DNA of 64,000 bases, from contig JAPSGB010000011.1 of the NCBI GenBank assembly GCA_035063585.1, positions 32,001 through 96,000 on the forward strand, given 5' to 3'. The DNA comes from Polyangiaceae bacterium. GTDB lineage: Bacteria > Myxococcota_A > Polyangia > Polyangiales > Polyangiaceae. Both the position numbers and the translations under genes were made by a program. Below the pieces are notes generated by a model. It ran no database searches, had not been told where the DNA came from, and was given only the letters and a program-made list of their open reading frames with translations. Numbering within the stretch: position 1 is the first letter of the stretch; each line of letters begins with the position of its first letter. Shown in pieces: positions 18,641 to 27,596 of the stretch.

Positions 18641-19396
18641 GTGACAGCGGCAGCGCGGGGCCTATCGCTCCTCGACTTCCTGGTGGAGTGGATAGCGGAG
18701 CGGCTGGGGGAGCCGATCGCGGACGAACCGTCTACCGGTGTGGCGCCGCTCCCCGAGAGCGAGCTGGCGCCTTTCCGCGCGTTCCTCGCCTTGGCCCGGC
18801 CGGTTGCCGACGCGCCGGACCACAGGGCGTTGCGGCAGGCGTGCGGAACACTGGCGCTTTCGGCGGACTACCTCCGGGCGATGACCAGGCTTCTGGCGGC
18901 TGCACCCGAGCCCGCCGCAGACCAAGCAGCGATTCCACGGGACGAGCTCGCAAAGCGTCTGGCGCGGCACGTCGCCGGCCCCGCCGCGTCGCTGCTGGCC
19001 GAGGCGTTCAGTCTCGCGTGGGACGTCTTCGTGTGGCAGCGAGGGCACGACGCGGTGCCGGCGCCCGCGGACTTCCCCGCGCCGGAGTTGATCGCCGATT
19101 TGCGGCGTCGTCTGGTGCTTGGTGATGAAGTGCCGGCGCGCGTCGCGGAAGTCGTGCTCGCGTCCCTGCGCGGCGAGGTGGCGCTGCTCACCGCGATCGC
19201 GATGCTGTCCGTGCGCGAACGCCTTGACACGTGGAAGGCCATTGGATTGGGCGAGCTGGCCGTGAACGGCATCAAGGCGTCCAAGCGCCTGGTCCTTCCC
19301 ACGTTGGACCGAATCGACCTGGACGGGGAGATCCAGCAGTACGCAGCATACAAGCGTGACCTGGTCCTCCGCCTGGAATCCCGCGCGCAGGACTGA
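18641..19396 (+). CDS. Hypothetical alpha-helical protein (islet cargo; alternative starts 18605/18623)
   Basis: Open frame with protein-like composition, 6 nt from the next gene. Confidence 0.6.
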   Translation: MTAAARGLSLLDFLVEWIAERLGEPIADEPSTGVAPLPESELAPFRAFLALARPVADAPDHRALRQACGTLALSADYLRAMTRLLAAAPEPAADQAAIPRDELAKRLARHVAGPAASLLAEAFSLAWDVFVWQRGHDAVPAPADFPAPELIADLRRRLVLGDEVPARVAEVVLASLRGEVALLTAIAMLSVRERLDTWKAIGLGELAVNGIKASKRLVLPTLDRIDLDGEIQQYAAYKRDLVLRLESRAQD

Positions 19397-19402
19397 CGGC
19401 CG

Positions 19403-19765
19403 ATGCGCCAGGTGGGGCTGGGCTCGTTCGGGTGGGCGACGCATGACCCCCGCCGCCCAGGACGCGACATCAAGCGCCGCGCCTGCGTCGTGATCATGGG
19501 GCACGCGGGCCGCCTTGTCTGCGTGTTCGGCCGAACCGAGGCCAACGTCAACAAGCGCCAGGAGTCGGTCGCCGCCGACAGCGCGCTCGGGCGCAAGCTC
19601 GGTCTCGATCACCTGACGTACTTCGAGGCCGAGGCGCATCTCTTGCCAGCGGATTTCGAGCCTCGCGGCCAGCTTGCCGTTCTGCGCGGGGACGCCGGGG
19701 ACGAGGATACGGTCGTGGATGACGACGTATGGCTGCGGTTACGCTCGCTCGGCGATGCGCCGTAG
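19403..19765 (+). CDS. Hypothetical protein, possible PemK/MazF-like fold
   Basis: 120 aa; W..D....DIKRRACVVI then LVCVFGRT resembles the PemK K-RP-hV and hP-T motifs. Confidence 0.5.
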   Translation: MRQVGLGSFGWATHDPRRPGRDIKRRACVVIMGHAGRLVCVFGRTEANVNKRQESVAADSALGRKLGLDHLTYFEAEAHLLPADFEPRGQLAVLRGDAGDEDTVVDDDVWLRLRSLGDAP

Positions 19766-19784
19766 CGTAGCGCGCGGATGTCGG

Positions 19785-19858
19785 TCGGGGTGGAGGGATT
19801 TGAACCCCCAACAGCCGGCACCCAAAGCCGGCCCTCTACCAGATTGAGGTACACCCCG
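19785..19858 (-). tRNA. tRNA-Pro (TGG), CCA not encoded
   Basis: CGGGGTG acceptor stem, D arm CCTC-AATCTGGTA-GAGG, anticodon arm CCGGC-TTTGGGT-GCCGG, T arm GGTTCAAATCC. Confidence 0.96.
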
Positions 19859-20037
19859 TTCGCTGAGACTCTTGGCCTTGCCGGGCAGCCTCTTAGCCCG
19901 TTCGCGTACGCTCGGCAACGCCTCGTCTCGCGGTGCTCCGCGCGAATTTGCGCCGCGCCGGACCGGCGCGCCGCGCGTCTCCGCGCCGGACCGGCACCCT
20001 CGGCCTCGGTCGTCGTCTTCGACGCGCGGGCGAGCCC

Positions 20038-20358
20038 TCAGTCCGGGATGGGTACCAGTCGGACGTCGAGGTGGACCGGCTCGCGGTCGGACTCTACCAG
20101 GGCGTCCCAGGGGAAGTACCCGGACTTTTGCACGGTGACGCGGTGCTTGCCGACCGGCAGGCGCACCCCGCGGGCGGACACGTAGCCGAGCGGTCCGACG
20201 TACTCCTCGTCGATGTAGACGCTGGCGTCGGCGGTCGCGCGCTCCGGGCTCGCGAGCGACAGCGAGACCGCCGCGCGTCCGACGCCGGGGCCGCAGGCGG
20301 TCGCGCTCACTGCGACGAGCGCGAGCGCGGCGGCGAGGGTGAGCGCGGCACGCGTCAT
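20038..20358 (-). CDS. PEGA-domain lipoprotein
   Basis: [27 protein letters not shown]; overlaps the guaA stop. Confidence 0.82.
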   Translation of the reverse strand: MTRAALTLAAALALVAVSATACGPGVGRAAVSLSLASPERATADASVYIDEEYVGPLGYVSARGVRLPVGKHRVTVQKSGYFPWDALVESDREPVHLDVRLVPIPD

Positions 20359-21905
20359 TCCCACTCGATGGTGGCGGGCGGCTTCGAGCTGATGTCGTAG
20401 ACGACGCGGTTCACGCCCTTCACCTCGTTGATGATGCGCGTGCTCATGCGGGCGAGGAGCTCGTGCGGCAGCCGCGCCCAGTCGCTGGTCATCCCGTCGG
20501 TCGAGGTGACCGCGCGGATCGCGCAGGTCTCGTCGTAGGTGCGCCCGTCGCCCATCACGCCGACGCTCCGCACCGGCAAGAGCACCGCGAACGCTTGCCA
20601 CAGGGAATCGTAGAGGCCAGCGTCTCGGATCTCCTCCTGGACGATGACGTCTGCCTGGCGGAGCACCTCGAGCCGCGCGCGGGTGACCTCGCCGAGGCAG
20701 CGGATGGCGAGCCCCGGGCCGGGGAAGGGGTGCCGCCAGAGGACGTCGCGCGGCATGTCCATCGACTCTCCGGCGCGGCGGACCTCGTCCTTGAAGAGCT
20801 CGCGCAGCGGCTCGATGAGCCCGAGCTTCATGTGCGCGGGCAGACCGCCCACGTTGTGGTGGCTCTTGATGACCGCGCTCGGACCGTTCACGCCGACGCT
20901 CTCGATGACGTCCGGGTACACCGTGCCTTGCACCAGCCATTTCGCGTTCTTCACCTGGGCGGCGCGCTCCTCGAACACCTCGATGAACACGCGCCCGATG
21001 ATCTTGCGCTTCTGCTCGGGATCGGTGATGCCCGCGAGCTCGCCGAGGAAGCGCTCGCTCGCTTCTGCCACGATGAGGTTCAAGCGGAAGCTCTCGCGCA
21101 TGGTGCGCTCGACCGCGTCGCGCTCGCCCGCGCGGAGCAGCCCGTTGTCGACGAAGATGCAGGTCAGCCGGTCACCGATGGCGCGGTGGCAGAGCACCGC
21201 GGCGACGCTCGAGTCCACCCCGCCCGACAGCCCGCAGATGGCCTGCTCGTCGGGCGCGACCCGGGCGGCGATGGCTCGCACGCTCGCCTCGACGAAGGAG
21301 CCGGGCGTCCAGCTCGGCCGGAGTCCGGCCACGTCGAAGAGGAACGCCTTCAAGAGCTCGACGCCGCGCGGGGTGTGGACGACCTCCGGGTGGAACTGGA
21401 TCCCGTAGAGCTTCCGCCCCGGGTCGGCGATGACCGCGAGCGGCGCGTTCGGGCTCGCGGCGATGGCGCGGAACCCGGGCGGGAGCGCGGTGAGCCGGTC
21501 CCCGTGGCTCATCCAGACCTCGAGCGTCTCGCCCGCGCGGAACGGCGCGAGGATCCCCTCGGGCTCGCTCACCGTGAGTGTCGCGGGCCCGTACTCGCGA
21601 CGCTCGCTCGGTTCGACCTTGCCGCCGAGGGCGAGCGCCATGAACTGCTCGCCGTAGCAGACCCCGAGCACCGGCAGGCCGAGCGCGAAGAGGCCCGGGT
21701 CGGCGTGCGGCGCGCCGGGAGCGGTCACGCTCTGCGGCCCGCCGCTCAAGACGACCGCGCTCGGCGTGAGCGCGCGGAGCTGCTCGAGCGGGAGCGAGAA
21801 CGGGTGGATCTCGCAGTAGACGCCGCACTCGCGCACGCGGCGCGCGATGAGCTGGGTGTACTGCGACCCGAAATCGAGGATGACGACCGTCTCACGGCTC
21901 GACAT
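20355..21905 (-). CDS. guaA: GMP synthase (glutamine-hydrolysing)
   Basis: [65 protein letters not shown]. Confidence 0.98.
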   Translation of the reverse strand: MSSRETVVILDFGSQYTQLIARRVRECGVYCEIHPFSLPLEQLRALTPSAVVLSGGPQSVTAPGAPHADPGLFALGLPVLGVCYGEQFMALALGGKVEPSERREYGPATLTVSEPEGILAPFRAGETLEVWMSHGDRLTALPPGFRAIAASPNAPLAVIADPGRKLYGIQFHPEVVHTPRGVELLKAFLFDVAGLRPSWTPGSFVEASVRAIAARVAPDEQAICGLSGGVDSSVAAVLCHRAIGDRLTCIFVDNGLLRAGERDAVERTMRESFRLNLIVAEASERFLGELAGITDPEQKRKIIGRVFIEVFEERAAQVKNAKWLVQGTVYPDVIESVGVNGPSAVIKSHHNVGGLPAHMKLGLIEPLRELFKDEVRRAGESMDMPRDVLWRHPFPGPGLAIRCLGEVTRARLEVLRQADVIVQEEIRDAGLYDSLWQAFAVLLPVRSVGVMGDGRTYDETCAIRAVTSTDGMTSDWARLPHELLARMSTRIINEVKGVNRVVYDISSKPPATIEWE

Positions 21906-21993
21906 GGCGCCCCCTCGCTAGCACGGGCCGGGTCGGCCGAGAACGCGCCTCGACGGGGAGCGCTCGGGCGGGCGAAAAACGCGCCGGAGGCGC

Positions 21994-24414
21994 CTAGCCG
22001 CGAGGCTTCACGGTGACCACGAGCGGCGCGTCGGCGGTGAACGCGCGAGCGTGGAAGCGGTGGAGCTCGCCGAGCTCGAGCGGTCCGCGAGCGCTCGCGC
22101 CGCGCCAGAGATCGACGATGCGGCGGCGCGGGTCGAGCGCCTCGGCGGCGCGGACGCGCGCCTCCTCGCGGGCCGCGAGCCGCGCGTCGGCGGCGGTGGC
22201 CGCGCCGCGCGCCAGGCGCTCGAAGAGCCCGCGCACCTGCGCGACCGCGTCCGCCGCGCCCGCGGGCGCGGTCGTGAGCTCGAGCACGAGCGCTCGCGCG
22301 CGCGCGCCGCCGAGCACGGTGGCGCGCGCCGCGGAGGCGAGCGCGGGCGCCCGGAGCGCCTGCTCGAGCCAGCCGCCGGGGCGATTCATCAGCCACGCGG
22401 TCGCGCGCGCGGCCGGGAGCTCGTCGGGCCCGAGGGAGACCGCGAGCCAAGCCGTCGCGGCGCCCGCGTCATCGACCGAGGAGTCCACCGTGAGCTGTCC
22501 GCGCCGCGGCGTGAGCGCGGTCGCCGCCGGGCAGGTCTCGGCGGGGCCGCGCAGCGGGCCGACCCAGCCGTCGAGCGCGGTCGCTACCGCGTCGGCCTGC
22601 GCGCCGTCGACGCTCGCCAAGACCGCGAGCCGGAGCGGCTCGGCGACCAGCTGCCGGCGGCGCGCGCGCGCTTCGTCGGCGCCGGCCTCGCTGAGCGCGC
22701 GCCACGTCCCGCGGGGCTCGAGCCAGGAGGGATGGTCCGGCGCGAGCGACTCGAGGACGAGCGAGCGACCCGGGTTCGCCGCCGCCCCGAGCTGGTCGAG
22801 CAGGTCGGCGCGGGCGCGCACCACCTCCGCGCCGTCGAGCCGGAGCGCGGTGAGCGCGCGTCCGAGCGCGCCGCCCACGCGCCGCGCCTGTTCGGCGGGC
22901 GTCTCCTCCGGGTCGCGGCGCGCCGCGTGCGCGAGCAGGCCGAGGCCATCCGCGGTGACCCAGGGCTCGATGACCACGCCCGGCGCGGCCGCGGCGCGAG
23001 CGAGCGCCCGAATCACGAGCGCGCCGGCCCCCGCGTCGTCGCTCGACTCGCGCCCCGTGCCGCACGGCGAGGCGATGAGCGCCCAGAGCTCGCCCTGCCC
23101 GGCCTCGACGCGCACGCGGCGTTCGACGACGGGCGCGCGCGCCGCCGCGCGCTCACGGTCGAGCGCCTGCGTGAGCGCCGCGCTCGCCGCAGCGCCGCCG
23201 CCCGGGCCGGCCGCGGCCTCGAAGCTCACGAGCTCGCGTGGCGGCCCAGCGGGCCTCTGCGCGGCGAGGCCGCGCCAGGCCGCGCCCACCGCGGCCTCGC
23301 GCGGATCGCTCGGGCGGAGCACGCTGTCATCGAGCGCCCAGTCGTTGCTCGCGGCGCTCGCGGTGCGCCGGGCGACCTCGGCCGCCTCGCGCTCGATGAC
23401 GCCGATGACGGCCGCGGCGCGGGCCGTCGTGACGCGCTCCGCGCCGCTCGCCCGCGCGTCGAGGCGCAGGCACGCGCCCCGCGGCCGCGCGGTGCCGACC
23501 GCGCGCTCGAGCCGCCAGCCGGGCTCGAAGGCGCCGAGCCGCAGGGCGAGCTCCGAGCTCGGCGCGGCGAGCCGGCGCGCGGCCTCGAGCGCCACCCCCG
23601 GGTCGGCGAGCCGAAAGGCGACCGAGATCCGCTGCGCGCGGCCGGCCGCGGCATCCACGCCGATCTGATCGCGCGACGGCCAGGGATCGTCCGGGGCCGG
23701 GCCCGCCGGCCATGGCTCGTCGCGGGAGAGCGCGTCGGCGGCTGCGCCGAGCACCGCCGGCGCGCCGACCGCCGCGAGCGCCACCGAGCTCGCGTTGGCG
23801 ACGCGCGCGCGCCACGCCTCGAGCCGCGCCACCCCGCGCGGACTCGAGGGCTCGAGCGGGGGCGTGTCCGGCGCGGCGTCGAGCTCTCCCGAGCAGGCGT
23901 CCACCGCGGCGGCGGCCGAGCCCGGCTGAGAGCGCGCGCGGAGCCCGCGGAGCGCGCGTGTCACTGCGCCGAGCGCGGGCTCGCCCGCGCCGACCGGAGC
24001 GCGGAGCACGCGGGCCGCCGCCTCCACGAAGCGCGCGGCGTCGCCGGGCTCCGGGACCAGCACGCTCACCGAGAGCCCGAGCCCGTGCGGAGCGCCCGCG
24101 GCCTCCGCGAACCCCGCCGCGCGGAGGCGGGCCTCGAGCAGCGCGGCGAGCGCGACCGACGCCTCGCCGCCGAGGTCGTGCGCGACCGCGAGCGCCATCG
24201 CGCTCGCCGGATCGCCGAGGCGCGCGACCAGGCTGAGGGTCGGGCGATCGGCGGCGCGCCGGAGCTCCACGCGCGACGCGCCTGCGGGCCCGGCCGCGGG
24301 GCGCGGCGGCTCGGGCGGCGGCGGCGCGCCGCCGAGCAGCTGGCAGCCGGCCCCCGCGAGGGTCGCGACGATGAGCGCCGCGTGAGCCGGGAGGGTCGCC
24401 GGCGCCCGCCTCAC
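21994..24414 (-). CDS. Large Ala-rich lipoprotein, possibly a degenerate M16 (insulinase)-like fold without HxxEH
   Basis: GTGA overlap start, signal ending GAGC; segments such as GGWLEQALRAPALAS resemble the M16 C-domain. Confidence 0.5.
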   Translation of the reverse strand: MRRAPATLPAHAALIVATLAGAGCQLLGGAPPPPEPPRPAAGPAGASRVELRRAADRPTLSLVARLGDPASAMALAVAHDLGGEASVALAALLEARLRAAGFAEAAGAPHGLGLSVSVLVPEPGDAARFVEAAARVLRAPVGAGEPALGAVTRALRGLRARSQPGSAAAAVDACSGELDAAPDTPPLEPSSPRGVARLEAWRARVANASSVALAAVGAPAVLGAAADALSRDEPWPAGPAPDDPWPSRDQIGVDAAAGRAQRISVAFRLADPGVALEAARRLAAPSSELALRLGAFEPGWRLERAVGTARPRGACLRLDARASGAERVTTARAAAVIGVIEREAAEVARRTASAASNDWALDDSVLRPSDPREAAVGAAWRGLAAQRPAGPPRELVSFEAAAGPGGGAAASAALTQALDRERAAARAPVVERRVRVEAGQGELWALIASPCGTGRESSDDAGAGALVIRALARAAAAPGVVIEPWVTADGLGLLAHAARRDPEETPAEQARRVGGALGRALTALRLDGAEVVRARADLLDQLGAAANPGRSLVLESLAPDHPSWLEPRGTWRALSEAGADEARARRRQLVAEPLRLAVLASVDGAQADAVATALDGWVGPLRGPAETCPAATALTPRRGQLTVDSSVDDAGAATAWLAVSLGPDELPAARATAWLMNRPGGWLEQALRAPALASAARATVLGGARARALVLELTTAPAGAADAVAQVRGLFERLARGAATAADARLAAREEARVRAAEALDPRRRIVDLWRGASARGPLELGELHRFHARAFTADAPLVVTVKPRG

Positions 24415-25247
24415 CGGACCAGATCCGAGGCCGACCGCGGTGCGATGCTGAAGTTCTGGAAGTATTGCACGACGCCGGTGACGGACTTCAGCGTGGTGCC
24501 CTTCTCGAGGGAAACCCCGCTCCCCGCCACGTCGAAGAGCGCGTTGGTGAGCGTCGGGACCTTGCCGAGCGACACGCCGCCGCCCGGATCGAGCCGCACG
24601 GAATATCGCCCGTTCGCGCTCTGATACGGAGCGTCGAAGACGCGCACGTTCTCGAGGCGAACCAGCATGCCGAGCCACCTCCGGCCCTTCGCGTAGTCGA
24701 CCAGATCACCGAGCTCGATGGTGATGGGCTCGAGCGGCGCATACTCGAAGCGGAGCGACACCGTGCCGCCCACGAGCTCCGGCAGCGTCTCGCCGTCAGG
24801 GAAGGGGAGCGAGGCCGGTCCGGCGAACTCTTGATACTGTCCGCGCACGTCCACCACGTCGCCGGAGGCGACGCGGAGCGCCGGGGGGTTGAAGCTCGCG
24901 TCGAAGAGCAGGATCCCGGCGTACGGGCAGGTGACCCCCGGCCGGGCGCAGCCCTCGAGCCTCCCGTCCGCGGCCTCGCGCGCGAGATCCTGCACGAAGA
25001 TTCCGCCCGCGCTCTTGCCGTCGTGCGTCTCGTCGAAGCGGTCCACCGCCACCACCGTCACGCCGGTGACGAGCTGCACGGCGGTCTCGGACGGACGCGG
25101 CGCGGAAGGGTCGTTCAGCGTTGCCAGGCGGCTGCCGGAGCCGATGACCGCCGGCTCGGCGAGCGGGACGCTGTCTCCGCCGTTGCCCGAGCCGCAGCCG
25201 ACGGCGAGGAGGGCGACGAGGGCCGAGCTCGGGATCCGGGCGCGCAC
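24411..25247 (-). CDS. Lipoprotein with OB-fold-like domains
   Basis: Signal LAVGC; GVTVVA, GIFVQD, GDVVDVRG..EF, GMLVRLENV, SVTGVV..PRS..DL. Confidence 0.65.
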   Translation of the reverse strand: MRARIPSSALVALLAVGCGSGNGGDSVPLAEPAVIGSGSRLATLNDPSAPRPSETAVQLVTGVTVVAVDRFDETHDGKSAGGIFVQDLAREAADGRLEGCARPGVTCPYAGILLFDASFNPPALRVASGDVVDVRGQYQEFAGPASLPFPDGETLPELVGGTVSLRFEYAPLEPITIELGDLVDYAKGRRWLGMLVRLENVRVFDAPYQSANGRYSVRLDPGGGVSLGKVPTLTNALFDVAGSGVSLEKGTTLKSVTGVVQYFQNFSIAPRSASDLVR

Positions 25248-25316
25248 AGTGCGCCTTCTAGCACAGCCGCGCCGGCGCCGGCCTCGCCGCGCGCGCCGCC
25301 GCGCGGAAAACCCCGC

Positions 25317-25967
25317 TCATGCCGTGAGGTTCCGCTCGGTGAGCAAGGTCTCGAGGCGGGCGCGGATCTTGTGCTTCTTCGAGTAGACGGTCTTCACGCT
25401 GATGCCCATCTGCTCCGCGATCGCCTCGGGAGCGAGCCCCTCGCCGTAGTAGAGGGTGACGAACTCGCGGTCCTTGTCGCTGAAGTCCGCGAGGAGCGCC
25501 TCGACGAGCCCGAGCCGCTGCCGCTGCACGCACGCGTCGTGAGGATTGGGGAGCTCGGACGAGAGGCCCTCGGCCTCGGTGAGCGCGGCGCGCCTCGGCT
25601 CCCGCTTCGCGGTCCGCAGGAAGTCGTAGGCCGCGTGGATGGCGAGCATGCCGAGCCAGCTGCCGAGCTTGCTCCCGCGCTCGGGCTCGAAGCTACGGAG
25701 CTTGCGCTTGTCGTTCGCGAGCAGGCTGAGGCAGAGGGTCGCGTAGATCTCGCGCACGTCGTCGGGGGCGACCACCGCGCTGAAGCGCGAGGTGACGCGG
25801 GTGATGCAGCGGAAGATGAGCCGGCCGTAGCGCGTGTTGAAGTTGCGCCAGGCGCGCTCGTCGTCGGCGAGCAGGCCGTCGATGAGCTCGCGCTCGTCAC
25901 CCGCAAAGGCGCCGGGGGCGGCGCCAAGCGCCAGGTTCGAGACGGGGACGAGCGGTGAAGCGAACAT
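25317..25967 (-). CDS. ECF sigma-70 factor
   Basis: Region 2 (LRSFEPERGS..SWL..LA..AAYDFLR) and region 4 HTH (EAIAEQMGISVKTVYSK); GAGGAGG RBS 9 nt before the ATG at 25967. Confidence 0.9.
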   Translation of the reverse strand: MFASPLVPVSNLALGAAPGAFAGDERELIDGLLADDERAWRNFNTRYGRLIFRCITRVTSRFSAVVAPDDVREIYATLCLSLLANDKRKLRSFEPERGSKLGSWLGMLAIHAAYDFLRTAKREPRRAALTEAEGLSSELPNPHDACVQRQRLGLVEALLADFSDKDREFVTLYYGEGLAPEAIAEQMGISVKTVYSKKHKIRARLETLLTERNLTA

Positions 25968-26016
25968 CGAGACGACCTCCTCGGGGGCGCCGCGCGGCGC
26001 CGTCGAGGAAGCTCCA

Positions 26017-26032
26017 AGCATACCCCGTGCCA
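26017..26032 (-). promoter_or_regulatory. Sigma54 (-24/-12) promoter for the ECF sigma gene
   Basis: Minus strand TGGCACG-GGGT-ATGCT (GG-N10-GC), with an AT-rich tract upstream. Confidence 0.75.
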
Positions 26033-26246
26033 GATTATTTCGGCGTGATTCCGCTTATTTATGGAGCGTAACCGACCGTAACCGCGTCACCCGGCAGCGT
26101 CACATCGTGACGCCCTCGCCCCCCGCGTGAGGGTCTTACGCTGGCGCCCGCGCGTTTTCTCCCCGCGCCGCCGGCCGCGCCGGACCGGCCCTATTCCTCT
26201 CCCCAAGGAGCCCGGCTCTAGTAGGCTCCGCCGCGTGTCCGGACGG

Positions 26247-26678
26247 ATGAAGGCGCTCTTTCTGCTCGCGCTCGCGCTGGTGCGTACGCTCCTCGGGCGG
26301 CTGTTCGCGCGCCGGGTGAGTGGGCTCGCGTCGTTCCGCGAGAACTACGACGCGGACGGCCTGCCGCCGGTGACCGAGGACGAGCGCGCGGCGATGGCCG
26401 AGTTCGGGCGTTGCATCGCCTGCGGGCTCTGCGATCGCGGCGAGGCGGCGCGGATCGCGGCCTCGCGCGGCGAGTACCGCGGGGTCATGCCGCTCATGCT
26501 GGCCGCCTCCCGGAGCATGCCCGACTACCGCCTGGCGGCGCGTTCCTTCGCGCACGTGCCGGACGCGGTGCTCGCGGAGAAGGAGCAGCGCTGCCCGACC
26601 CACGTCCCGATGCGCCGCATCGCGCGCTTCGTGCTCGAGAAGAGCGAAATGACCCGTCCGGGCCCGGCCGCCGTGTAG
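26247..26678 (+). CDS. Small membrane-anchored Fe-S protein (alternative GTG start 26235)
   Basis: N-terminal hydrophobic helix, CIACGLC and distal CP motif. Confidence 0.65.
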   Translation: MKALFLLALALVRTLLGRLFARRVSGLASFRENYDADGLPPVTEDERAAMAEFGRCIACGLCDRGEAARIAASRGEYRGVMPLMLAASRSMPDYRLAARSFAHVPDAVLAEKEQRCPTHVPMRRIARFVLEKSEMTRPGPAAV

Positions 26679-26694
26679 TAGAGACGACCCTGCC

Positions 26695-27522
26695 ATGACA
26701 AGCGATCCCTCGAACATTCCGCTGCCCGCGCTCGACGGCTGGGCGCTCATCCTCGGCGCCTCGAGCGGTTTCGGCGCGGCGACCAGCCTGGCGCTCGCCC
26801 GCGCCGGCGTCGACATCATCGGCGTGCACCTCGATCGGCGCGCGACCCTGCCGAACGTCGAGCGGCTCACCGCCGAGATCCGCGCGCTCGGCCGGGAGGC
26901 GTGGTTCTTCAACGTGAACGCGGCCGACGACGACAAGCGCGCGGAGGTGCTGGCGGAGGTGTCGCGCCGCTTCGCCGAGCGTGGGCGCGGCGAACAGGTG
27001 CGCGTGCTCCTTCACTCCATCGCCTTCGGCACGCTGCGCGATCTGGTCATCTCCCCGCCGGACGAGGTGGTCACCCGCAAGCAGATGGACATGACCATCG
27101 ACGTGATGGCAAATAGCCTCGTTTACTGGGCGCAGGGCCTCGTGCACGGCGAGCTGCTCTCGAACCAGGGGCGCATCTTCGCCATGACCAGCAACGGCTC
27201 GTCGCAGGTGTGGCGCCGCTACGGCGTGGTGAGCGCCGCCAAGGCCGCGCTCGAGGCCCACATCCGCCAGCTCGCCTTCGAGCTCGGGCCGCGCGGCATC
27301 ACCGCCAACTCCATCTGCGCGGGCGTCACCGACACCCCCGCGATCCGCAAGATCCCCGACAACGAGGCGATCATCGAGGTCGCCATCCGCAAGAACCCGT
27401 GGCATCGCCTGACCCGCCCGGAGGACGTCGCCAACGCCATCGTCGCGCTCGCGCAGCCCTGCACGTACTGGCTGAACGGTGACGTGCTCTATGTCGACGG
27501 CGGCGAGGCGCACTCGGGCTGA
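26695..27522 (+). CDS. SDR oxidoreductase, enoyl-ACP reductase-like (FabI/FabL type)
   Basis: LGASSGFG, LHSIAFG, YGVVSAAKAALE, AGVTDTPA, VDGG. Confidence 0.85.
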   Translation: MTSDPSNIPLPALDGWALILGASSGFGAATSLALARAGVDIIGVHLDRRATLPNVERLTAEIRALGREAWFFNVNAADDDKRAEVLAEVSRRFAERGRGEQVRVLLHSIAFGTLRDLVISPPDEVVTRKQMDMTIDVMANSLVYWAQGLVHGELLSNQGRIFAMTSNGSSQVWRRYGVVSAAKAALEAHIRQLAFELGPRGITANSICAGVTDTPAIRKIPDNEAIIEVAIRKNPWHRLTRPEDVANAIVALAQPCTYWLNGDVLYVDGGEAHSG

Positions 27523-27596
27523 GCGCGCGCCCACGCGCGAGCCGGGGAGGGCGTGCCGGTCCGGCGCGGCCGGCGTCGCGGGCGGCGGCGCGCGCC

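Larger units (their letters stand above)
18425..19812. mobile_element. Integrase-less genomic islet inserted at tRNA-Pro
   Basis: 35-bp direct repeats of the tRNA 3' end, two ORFs with atypical codon usage, no integrase. Confidence 0.75.
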
